From contig NZ_MPKA01000040.1 in NCBI RefSeq assembly GCF_001945605.1, positions 1 to 6,599 of the forward strand: a DNA stretch of 6,599 nucleotides, in the 5' to 3' direction. The stretch is from Dubosiella newyorkensis. GTDB lineage: Bacteria; Bacillota_I; Bacilli_A; Erysipelotrichales; Erysipelotrichaceae. Made by a program: the position numbers and the translations under genes. Shown one piece after another: positions 1 to 6,526 of the stretch (its first letter is position 1; each line of letters begins with the position of its first letter). Under the pieces are notes generated by a model. The model made no database searches, was not told the DNA's origin, and saw only the letters and a list, made by a program, of their open reading frames with translations.

Positions 1-1
1 G

Positions 2-70
2 AACAAAATCGTCAAAAATGCCAACGGGAAAAATGTGGCGAAATTCATAAAAGAAAGAAAAGGCGTCTAA
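2..70 (+). CDS. Possible 3' end of a convergent gene entering from the left edge (partial; ...NKIVKNANGKNVAKFIKERKGV*)
   Basis: Plus frame 2 is open from the window edge to TAA at 68-70. That stop lies inside the 59-100 hairpin, the usual geometry for a gene ending at a shared terminator. Only 22 codons are visible. The other two plus frames are also open for 16-36 codons, so neither frame nor product can be established. Confidence 0.3.
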   Translation, partial: NKIVKNANGKNVAKFIKERKGV

Positions 71-100
71 ACCCTTTAAATAAAGGAGATAGGCGCCTTT
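46..100 (-). terminator. Rho-independent terminator closing the minus-strand two-gene operon (probably bidirectional)
   Basis: The minus strand reads AAAGGCGCCTA-tct-CCTTT-attt-AAAGG-gtt-TAGACGCCTTT, followed by TCTTTCTTTTAT. The outer stem pairs 59-69 with 90-100 and has one C.A mismatch on the minus strand (G.U on the plus strand). The inner stem is 5 bp (73-77 with 82-86). The T-rich tail on the minus strand is at 46-58. On the plus strand the hairpin follows an A-tract and is trailed by only TTT, so it is stronger for minus-strand transcripts. Confidence 0.7.
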
Positions 101-297
101 CGCACTGTTAAAACTGTAAAAGATGGGATAATAACACAGTTTATGGAATTTCAAGCATAAAATTCTAATATTATAGGAAGAATCATTCACTTTTCAGTCA
201 AATCGCTTTAAAAAGTTATAGAAAACTGATATGAATTCTGATCTTTCCTAGTCAAGTAACTATGATACCATAATTTCCCATAAATCGTTTCTTTTTT

Positions 298-3200
298 TTA
301 ATGTTTGAGTTTGAACTTCTTTAAAGAATCTGTATTGATCTTGTTTTTTATAAGAGAAATTTTCATCTGAAAAATTGGAAAAGCATTTCTTTGATCCTCT
401 GTGATCATCTTTGCCGTTTGGTTCAACATCAATCCGTCTCCATCTAAATCGGTAGGAAGAATGATCAACTCTTTTTCCTTTACTTCTTGGATCGTAAAGC
501 AAATCTTGTTTTTGAATTCTTCATTGATCAATAAATTCGCTTGATACATTTCTTCCTTTTGTTTTTTGACCTCTAATAAAGTGTTTTGGATATCGTAATT
601 CTTGATTTTCCATCCATTTCTTCGAAAATATTCCACCTGAACGGAATCGACATTGAATTGTTTTCGCTTCAAATTATCTTTTCCATACAACATTGGAATA
701 TCTCTTAGAAACAAAAAGGTTTCTTCCTGTTTTGAAAACAAGCTCTTTGTCTGAATAGATCCTCTCACTCGATAAGGTCTAAAAGATTCTAAGTGTTCAA
801 ATCTACAGATTAGGGTTTTTGCGTTCGCTTCAATAGTCTTTGTACTTAACGTATTGTTGCCTGGATCTAAAAGCTGAACAACGATCACTTCATTGTTTTT
901 TATATCCTTCAACAACTCGAACTGAATGAAAACGTCCCTTTTTTCATGGTTCGTTTGAATTTGGATCGATCTTTGGTCGACTTCCGGACGATATTGAATG
1001 CGAATCATATTTTCCTTGTTCTGTTCTTTATAAAAAAATAAATTTAGATGTGAATACTCTTTATTGTTTTTTAAAGCTGCCGTTTCGATATACATATGCT
1101 TCTTCGTCCGCTGGATCTTTGGAACCATTCGAAATTGACCATCATCGCTCATCAAAACGACCCGATCAAAACCAATTCCATCAAAATACAATTTTGAAAA
1201 AGACTTGAATTCATCCGAATCGATCGAATGTTCGAATCCTCTCCATGCAAGATCATCAATCCGATAGATCGCTTCAGGTGGGGTCAAAACAAGCCAAAAC
1301 GTTTGTTTTGAATTCGGATAATACCATTCGATTTCGTACACATTCTTTTTCGAAACATCTTTATGAATGATCTTTCCATCGATCACATACGAATCCTCGA
1401 ACAAAGAAATCGAAAGTCTAGGCTCATAAAATACTTTTCTATGCGCTACTTTCCTTTTATCTTGAAAAAATTCTAAAACATTTAATCCTTCTTCAAACGA
1501 ATCAAGCAGCTCTTGAATGTTTTCATAACAATGCCCATTTCGCAAATAGAAACCATCTTCTTCAGGCTCGATCCGATAAATTGAACGATAAATCGGATAC
1601 GATGTTAGATAATCCTTGATATGAACATTCGAAAACTGATTTCCATACAGTTGAATAACGACCTTTTTTCTTTTCTCTAAACAAATCGTTCCTAGATCAT
1701 ACATTTCAAACTCTTGATCGACTTGGACACTCTCATCCTCTTGCAGATCAACACCAGCCACAATAAATTGACCTTCTAAAGAATCAGTGTTAGAGACATT
1801 CTTTCCAAACTCGTCAAAATACAAACGAGAATGGTAAAGACTCTCCCCACTACTAAAAAGAAGATGCTCATCCGTTTTGATTTGAAGTTTTAATCTTCCA
1901 AAAGGATCTTCCAATTCAATTTCGAAAGCTCGGATTCGATAGTTGTTGTCATGTCGAACGACCTTTAATCGATCTACCGTTTGAATCATTTCGTTATTTT
2001 GGAAGAATTCGATTCTTAACGACTTTGAATATCGTTCTGGATCAAAATCAAAATCCGGAATCCGCAAACAAATTTGATTACCATCCAATATAAAGTCAAA
2101 ATCAATGCTCTTCTCTTTACTATCATTTCGATCTTTAGTTTCTGTTTTCTCTCTATGATTTACTTTCTTTCCTCCAAGAATGCTTTGGATCTTTTCTTGG
2201 ATCTTATGATTCGATCCTTTGCCTGTCTTTACACTATGGATCCACTTAAAAAGTTCATAAACATAAAGAACAAGCTCATCCAGTTTGCTTTCATCTTCAA
2301 AATAACTCTTGAACGCGATATTCAAATGCGCTTCTGGCCCTCTTCTAAGCAAAGCCTGTTTTAGTTTTGGCTTTGAAACTTTCGCGAGATCATAATTAAA
2401 CTCATATTTAAAGATCGAATCCAAATACGGAATGAAAAGATCCCAATATGGAAACGGAACAAACGCTTGCCTTAAAACATTGTCGATCTTTCGCCACGAC
2501 TTTTTCTCTACAAAAGCATCGATGATCTTTCTTAAGCGGGTTTCTACATTGATCACATCATAAGTGGACTGTTCAAAAATAAGTGTCTGCTCTACCTTAT
2601 CCCAAAATGAACTGTCATAACATTCCATTCCGATCAAGCACAGAGCTAAAAATACCCAGTCTTGATGAATGATCTTAGAAGACTTATTCTTTAAAGCGTT
2701 TTGAGCTACAGAATAAATTTCTTTCACATAAGAATCGTTATCGATCAAATATGTAAGAGCGATCCCGATTGGAATATTTTTACGCACTTCTTGAATCAAG
2801 ATTTGAACGATCTTGTCAAGATCGTATTCTAAAATCGTCGATTGATCAAAACGACGGATTTGGTTCATAAAAAGGATCGGATCGATCGGTATTACATTCC
2901 TATAAATTTGCGGAACTCTTTTCTCGTGCGTTCCAAGTCGGCCTGCGATTACAATACCTTCGATAATTTCCTCTTTTTCTTGAATCGGATCAATTTTATA
3001 GAATTGGATTTGTTGTTGAAACAAAGAAATTCTGATCATCGGAAAGGATTGTTCATGGACTCCCAAATAACCCCTTAAAATTGTTCCGTCAACACTCTCT
3101 TCCTCTTCTTCAGAAGTTGACTCATTCACGGTTAGAAAAACGATTTGAAAAGCTATAGAACTGCGCTTGATCGGAACACAAGGTTCATGTGTTTCTAAAT

Positions 3201-3567
3201 AACCATCGATCAAAACACCTTCTACAACGCTCTCTTCTTCTTTTTTGATTTTGTTTTGTAGAGTTGTGAATTGTGAAAATAAAACTGGTCGCCTTATCGT
3301 GAGATTGTTTGGAACGTGATAATCCAAATAGCCCGAAAGAACAGTTCCTTCTAGGATTTCTTCGTTTGACGTATTATGTACTTCGTTTTTTAATTCAACC
3401 CTTTGAATCGTTCGTTTAGGAAAAAAGATGATGAGTTGCCTTGGTTGCTCAATTTTTAGTTGTTCTTCTTTTGGTTGTTCTTCATTTAATTTTTCTCTTT
3501 TGAAAAATGAGAAAAATTTTAAGAAAAGTTCTTTCCACTTCATATTTCTAACAACTCTTCCAGCCAT
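298..3567 (-). CDS. Large (1089 aa) hypothetical protein: N-terminal tandem ~43-aa repeats, helical middle, beta-rich C-terminal region; no recognisable catalytic motif
   Basis: An uninterrupted 1089-codon ORF in stop-rich AT-rich DNA, on the same strand as and overlapping the upstream helicase-like gene, with TAA stop at 298-300. There are two candidate starts. ATG 3567 gives the longest ORF, a 28-nt overlap and no obvious SD. ATG 3543 (Met9) forms ATGA with the upstream TGA at 3540-3542 and has GGAAGAG 11 nt upstream. By eye there is no GxxxxGK[ST], DExx helicase motif, HxK(x)4D, HNH or Cys/His cluster. Layout: EEQPK-like mini-repeat (aa ~29-43), 4.5 repeats (aa 42-244), W/F/Y-rich helical-looking region (aa ~245-465), charged linker (aa ~466-487), then alternating hydrophobic/polar beta-like sequence to aa 1089. 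Confidence 0.9.
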   Translation of the reverse strand: MAGRVVRNMKWKELFLKFFSFFKREKLNEEQPKEEQLKIEQPRQLIIFFPKRTIQRVELKNEVHNTSNEEILEGTVLSGYLDYHVPNNLTIRRPVLFSQFTTLQNKIKKEEESVVEGVLIDGYLETHEPCVPIKRSSIAFQIVFLTVNESTSEEEEESVDGTILRGYLGVHEQSFPMIRISLFQQQIQFYKIDPIQEKEEIIEGIVIAGRLGTHEKRVPQIYRNVIPIDPILFMNQIRRFDQSTILEYDLDKIVQILIQEVRKNIPIGIALTYLIDNDSYVKEIYSVAQNALKNKSSKIIHQDWVFLALCLIGMECYDSSFWDKVEQTLIFEQSTYDVINVETRLRKIIDAFVEKKSWRKIDNVLRQAFVPFPYWDLFIPYLDSIFKYEFNYDLAKVSKPKLKQALLRRGPEAHLNIAFKSYFEDESKLDELVLYVYELFKWIHSVKTGKGSNHKIQEKIQSILGGKKVNHREKTETKDRNDSKEKSIDFDFILDGNQICLRIPDFDFDPERYSKSLRIEFFQNNEMIQTVDRLKVVRHDNNYRIRAFEIELEDPFGRLKLQIKTDEHLLFSSGESLYHSRLYFDEFGKNVSNTDSLEGQFIVAGVDLQEDESVQVDQEFEMYDLGTICLEKRKKVVIQLYGNQFSNVHIKDYLTSYPIYRSIYRIEPEEDGFYLRNGHCYENIQELLDSFEEGLNVLEFFQDKRKVAHRKVFYEPRLSISLFEDSYVIDGKIIHKDVSKKNVYEIEWYYPNSKQTFWLVLTPPEAIYRIDDLAWRGFEHSIDSDEFKSFSKLYFDGIGFDRVVLMSDDGQFRMVPKIQRTKKHMYIETAALKNNKEYSHLNLFFYKEQNKENMIRIQYRPEVDQRSIQIQTNHEKRDVFIQFELLKDIKNNEVIVVQLLDPGNNTLSTKTIEANAKTLICRFEHLESFRPYRVRGSIQTKSLFSKQEETFLFLRDIPMLYGKDNLKRKQFNVDSVQVEYFRRNGWKIKNYDIQNTLLEVKKQKEEMYQANLLINEEFKNKICFTIQEVKEKELIILPTDLDGDGLMLNQTAKMITEDQRNAFPIFQMKISLIKNKINTDSLKKFKLKH
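2836..3444 (-). repeat. Protein-level tandem repeat array (about 4.5 copies of a ~43-44 aa unit) in the N-terminal region of the 1089-aa protein
   Basis: Aligned units are EEILEGTVLSGYLDYHVPNNLTIRRPVLF..., ESVVEGVLIDGYLETHEPCVPIKRSSIAF..., ESVDGTILRGYLGVHEQSFPMIRISLF... and EEIIEGIVIAGRLGTHEKRVPQIYRNVIP.... The E/D-G anchors fall at aa 73, 116, 160 and 203, a spacing of 43, 44 and 43 aa. Acidic linkers (EEES, SEEEEES, EKEE) separate the units. A half unit at aa 42-67 (FPKRTIQRVELKNEVHNTSNEE) matches the second half of unit 2 (VPIKRSSIAFQIVFLTVNESTSEE). The units are diverged at the DNA level, so the duplication is old. Confidence 0.8.
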
Positions 3568-6419
3568 TGTTTGGCGTACTTTCTTTTTAAGTGCTGGTGT
3601 TCTCTGCGATTTCTATAAGTTCTCAAACACCTGTAGCAGCTGCTTTCTTCTTCACAACAATCTTGCGAAACAATATCAAGAGCACAATTTAAAACGAGAG
3701 AAAGTGTATTCTCATCCGCTAGTCTTTGCACATGACCCGCTCCTCCTGGAACTTGATCAAAAAGAATAAACTCAAATTCTTGAAACGAGTTTGTCACCAA
3801 AAGTCCATTGATATCGTTTCTTTCGATTTGTAGGCTTTGACTTAAAGCGTTCAAGAGTCCATAAAGCAAAGACAAACACCAATCTCTATTTTTAGCATGT
3901 TCGCTGTTGATCTTGAGACGTACGACATCGGTTTTGAATACGTAGCCTAACGCTGTATGCTGTAGCGTCGTGTTCTCGCATTCAAAACCTCGAGGATCTC
4001 GATGCTTTTTTCTTTCCTTGATCGTATTCGAGCGCATCGTCTGCATTCGTTTCGTATAGCCACAGCTTTTACAATAATAAAAATGTCCTTCATTGATCAT
4101 TGCAAGCCTGTCTTCTTGGATTGCGGTCAGGCGGATCTTGTTAGCCAACAATACTTTTTCTTTAAATGGGAGTCCTTTTCCTAAATAACGGATTTCTCCT
4201 GCGTACGACTTGATCGGTTTGATGTTTTTCGAACGTTTTTCATTGGAAGCCACAAAACCAAATCGAGGCTCCAAAAAGAATAGATCCGTCTTTTTGTACG
4301 GCTTGAAACATGTTGGACAGAGTGACCCTTCTTCAAAAGGTTCTAAGGATACTTGCGTATCATGGCATTCTTCACATGTGTAGTAATAAGTCTTTGTCAG
4401 CTCTTTGCCTGTCTTTTTTGGAAGCTCGATATAACGAGAAACAAACTTCTTTTCATCGGCGATTACTTCTGAATCCGGCGCGTATTCGCTTATACCAATC
4501 AAAAGGTCTCTTTGCAGATCCACACTATGATCTTGAGGCACTTCCATTCGAATGAGATCGACAGGAAATCCATATTTTGGAATAATGGCAAATTTAGATA
4601 AGTCTTCCAAAATATTTTTCTTATTCAAATTGTCGATTTGGTTTTTAAAATAATCAGCTTGCCTAAAATTCTCGGATTGGGAGGCTTTGTCTTTTGCCGC
4701 TTCCAATGTATTGACGAGTTCGCTTGTTTCTTGAATATATTTTGATAAAACACTTTCGTCTTTCTTTAAAGCGTCGATCCATTTGCTTTGTTTGAACGCT
4801 TCTAAATTCGTGTTTTTCAGCACCCATTGATCAATATATTCAACTAAATCTTTTGGATTGCTGTTTATATAGTCAATAAAAGGTTCAAGATGGTCATCAT
4901 AAACAAAAGAAATATTTCGAAAATGGTCTGGATGCTTTCTAAAGTAATGGGCAAATGCACTTGCCAATATATGGCGAAGAGCGATCTTTTCATTTTCGAC
5001 CTTGAATTGTGGTGGATCGATCTTTCCGGAAATCATATCTTTTGGTCTTTGATAATAGTAATAATCGTGCGATTCGTTTTGGCAATACGTCATGATCAAG
5101 GCGCTCGCGTCTTTGCTTCGGCCTGCGCGCCCTGCTCTTTGGATATAATTGGCAGGCGTAGGTGGGATATTTCGACAAAACACGTATTCAAGACTTCCTA
5201 GATCGACTCCCATTTCAAAGGTCGTCGAGCAGCTAAGTACATTGATCTTTTTATTTTTAAAATCGATTTGGTATTGTTTGGCTTTATCGTTTTTCAACTG
5301 CGCTGTATGCTCTTGCGCGATTACGTTTTCGATCTTTTTTGTTTTATAGTTATTTCGGTAATAATGGTTTGCGAACACGTGATCAACATCGCATCGATGA
5401 AGCGTTCCAGGACATTCATGTTCTGGACACATTCCATGAATGTTGTATAGAGTCACTCTTTTACATTTGTCACATTGATACCAAGTCAACTTGGTATAAG
5501 GAATCACTTTAAATTTTTCAACCGGAATATGGTAAGAAAACACTTGGCTCGCTTCTGTTTCTTTCAAGATGCCTAGATTGCACATGAGCGTAAACAGCTT
5601 TTCCATAATATCGATGATTTCTTCTCTTTTAGCGTTTGGATAGAGCTTTTGTAAATAGGCGCTCGTCTTATTCTCTCTTTGGGCTTGTACTGGCAAAAAG
5701 CTTTCTACATATCGGTATTCATCCTTGTGGTTGTTGTACTCTCGCTTTTCTATGATCGTCTGCTCACGATTTCGATAAGGAAAGGCGTTGATCTTTTCTT
5801 CATCGGATAATTCAGCCACTTGATAATCAATAATGCATTTATGGCGCATTTGATCGATTAAAATATTAAAAAGAGTGATCGTTTCTTCTACATTTAATTG
5901 AAACGCGGAATGAAGCTCGGCTTCATTTTCATAAAGGATTTGAGGATTCAACTCAAATTGGTAGCCATACAAACCAAGGCTTTGTGCTGAATAGCGTCCA
6001 CTGGTATACATAAGATCCTGCAAAACGCTGATCCAGGCTTCGCTTTGCTCATGCTTTTGGTTTTTTGAAAAAAGTCCTTCTCTACGGATTTGGTTTGTTA
6101 GCTGCATCGCTAACGAGCGAATGTTCACGCCTTGTGTTTCTTTGATCGCATCCCATACGAGTCGTTTTCGTAAAAAGAGTTCATGGTTGTTGTTGAACTG
6201 CATTGAAAAGAAGCTGGCTTGTTGTCTTGAGTCAGAGAAAGTCAAAAGCTGTTTTACATTCTTTTTTGGAGTTGTTTCTATTGAAGTTTTATCAAAAAGA
6301 CTCTTTTTTACAGGTCTTTGCGTTTTTACTTCTACTTGTTTTTCGTCGATCGATTCATAAAAGATTTCGGAAAGTACGGCTGTTCCTGTGTCTTTATTGA
6401 GATTGAACGATGAAATCAT
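3540..6419 (-). CDS. SF2 helicase C-terminal half (RecA2 lobe only) fused to a DUF1998/MrfA-type Zn-binding domain; lacks the RecA1 ATPase lobe
   Basis: A 959-codon ORF with ATG at 6417-6419 and TGA at 3540-3542. RecA2 motifs: LLTFSDSRQQA (aa 58-68), EHTAQL (aa 370-375), VLSCSTTFEMGVDLG (motif V, aa 394-408) and YIQRAGRAGR (motif VI, aa 425-434; 5118-5141 reads caa aga gca ggg cgc gca ggc cga on the minus strand). DUF1998-type C-terminus: IIPKYGFPVD (aa 612-621), CxxC pairs, and CCEEESSCYRCLRTYRNRREHQHL (aa 921-944). No Walker A (GxGK[ST]) or DExH/DEAD motif occurs anywhere, and only ~57 aa precede the first RecA2 strand. Confidence 0.9.
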   Translation of the reverse strand: MISSFNLNKDTGTAVLSEIFYESIDEKQVEVKTQRPVKKSLFDKTSIETTPKKNVKQLLTFSDSRQQASFFSMQFNNNHELFLRKRLVWDAIKETQGVNIRSLAMQLTNQIRREGLFSKNQKHEQSEAWISVLQDLMYTSGRYSAQSLGLYGYQFELNPQILYENEAELHSAFQLNVEETITLFNILIDQMRHKCIIDYQVAELSDEEKINAFPYRNREQTIIEKREYNNHKDEYRYVESFLPVQAQRENKTSAYLQKLYPNAKREEIIDIMEKLFTLMCNLGILKETEASQVFSYHIPVEKFKVIPYTKLTWYQCDKCKRVTLYNIHGMCPEHECPGTLHRCDVDHVFANHYYRNNYKTKKIENVIAQEHTAQLKNDKAKQYQIDFKNKKINVLSCSTTFEMGVDLGSLEYVFCRNIPPTPANYIQRAGRAGRSKDASALIMTYCQNESHDYYYYQRPKDMISGKIDPPQFKVENEKIALRHILASAFAHYFRKHPDHFRNISFVYDDHLEPFIDYINSNPKDLVEYIDQWVLKNTNLEAFKQSKWIDALKKDESVLSKYIQETSELVNTLEAAKDKASQSENFRQADYFKNQIDNLNKKNILEDLSKFAIIPKYGFPVDLIRMEVPQDHSVDLQRDLLIGISEYAPDSEVIADEKKFVSRYIELPKKTGKELTKTYYYTCEECHDTQVSLEPFEEGSLCPTCFKPYKKTDLFFLEPRFGFVASNEKRSKNIKPIKSYAGEIRYLGKGLPFKEKVLLANKIRLTAIQEDRLAMINEGHFYYCKSCGYTKRMQTMRSNTIKERKKHRDPRGFECENTTLQHTALGYVFKTDVVRLKINSEHAKNRDWCLSLLYGLLNALSQSLQIERNDINGLLVTNSFQEFEFILFDQVPGGAGHVQRLADENTLSLVLNCALDIVSQDCCEEESSCYRCLRTYRNRREHQHLKRKYAKQWLEELLEI
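3585..4592 (-). other. DUF1998 / MrfA-type Zn-binding C-terminal region
   Basis: The region begins near IIPKYGFPVDLIRMEV (aa 612-627). It contains CEEC...CPTC (aa 682-704, 4308-4376) and CKSC...H...C (aa 783-814, 3978-4073). The family-typical tail follows: FDQVPGGAGH (aa 887-896) and CCEEESSCYRCL-x-x-Y-x-N (aa 921-937; the Cys cluster aa 921-931 is at 3627-3659). Confidence 0.75.
5010..6251 (-). other. RecA2 (helicase C-terminal) lobe with a ~290-aa insertion between the FSDSRQ strand and motifs IV-VI
   Basis: FSDSRQ is at 6222-6239, motif V at 5196-5240 and motif VI at 5118-5141. The stretch between aa ~75 and ~365 is a helical-looking insertion that ends in a Cys-rich knuckle. Confidence 0.75.
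5412..5474 (-). other. Cys4-type zinc-ribbon-like knuckle inserted in the RecA2 lobe
   Basis: WYQCDKCKRVTLYNIHGMCPEHECPGTLHRC (aa 313-343) has a CxxC, 12 intervening residues, then CxxxxC. A further His and Cys follow (H341, C343). Confidence 0.6.
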
Positions 6420-6479
6420 GCCATTGTCGCTATGCTGTTGACAATATGGACAATCATTTAAATTATTCTTTCTATATAG

Positions 6480-6508
6480 ATTATCCTAAATAATCCGCCT
6501 TTGCTCAA
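6480..6508 (-). promoter_or_regulatory. Sigma-A-like promoter for the two-gene operon
   Basis: The minus strand reads TTGAGC (6508-6503), a 17-nt spacer, then GATAAT (6485-6480). That is 4/6 and 5/6 matches to TTGACA/TATAAT at optimal spacing. The predicted 5' UTR to ATG 6419 is ~50 nt. This is prediction from sequence only. Confidence 0.5.
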
Positions 6509-6526
6509 ATGACTTGTTCAAATCAT
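6501..6526. repeat. Tandem imperfect 13-bp direct repeat overlapping the -35 element (possible operator)
   Basis: On the plus strand TTGCTCAAATGAC (6501-6513) is immediately followed by TTGTTCAAATCAT (6514-6526), with 10/13 identical. On the minus strand this reads ATGATTTGAACAA GTCATTTGAGCAA, and the proximal copy contains the -35 TTGAGC. Confidence 0.35.

Noticed and set aside
1-48. Minus-strand ATG at 46-48 giving a hydrophobic MNFATFFPLAFLTILF... that runs off the left edge
   Set aside because: The ATG sits inside the terminator T-tract with no SD. A convergent plus-strand gene ending at 68-70 explains the region at least as well. Sixteen codons cannot settle it.
260-502. 80-aa minus-strand ORF overlapping the 3' end of the 1089-aa gene (and the similar 62-aa ORF at 4990-5178)
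   Set aside because: These are out-of-frame overlaps inside much longer, better-supported ORFs, with basic low-complexity translations and no independent start signals.
1864-1872. DEH tripeptide (IKTDEHLL, aa 566-568) in the 1089-aa protein as a possible DExH helicase motif II that could supply the missing ATPase lobe
   Set aside because: It is not preceded by the hydrophobic strand typical of motif II. No Walker A occurs anywhere in the protein, and the context is beta-rich repeat sequence.
2212-2226. TGKGS (aa 448-452) in the 1089-aa protein as a possible P-loop
   Set aside because: It does not fit GxxxxGK[ST], and there is no accompanying Walker B.
3430-3500. Short DNA repeat TTGGTTG(C/T)TC... 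encoding EEQPK/EEQLK/IEQPR near the 5' end of the 1089-aa gene
   Set aside because: This is a real but very short low-complexity acidic/Gln linker repeat with no evidence of independent function such as a slippery site or phase-variable tract. It is noted under the gene description only.
2074-6400. Ten plus-strand ORFs of 60-113 aa (2074-2364, 2842-3078, 3428-3769, 4002-4184, 4310-4555, 4890-5201, 5149-5349, 5268-5450, 6121-6360, 6203-6400)
   Set aside because: All lie entirely antisense to the two long minus-strand ORFs. Their translations are low-complexity and rich in Phe/Leu/Ser/Cys, typical of shadow frames. None has a convincing SD or promoter.
6420-6488. In-frame 22-codon upstream extension of the helicase-half ORF containing CPYC
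   Set aside because: There is no ATG, GTG or TTG start between the TAG at 6486-6488 and ATG 6419, and the predicted -10 and spacer lie in or next to it. I treat it as 5' UTR. The CPYC is probably coincidental.
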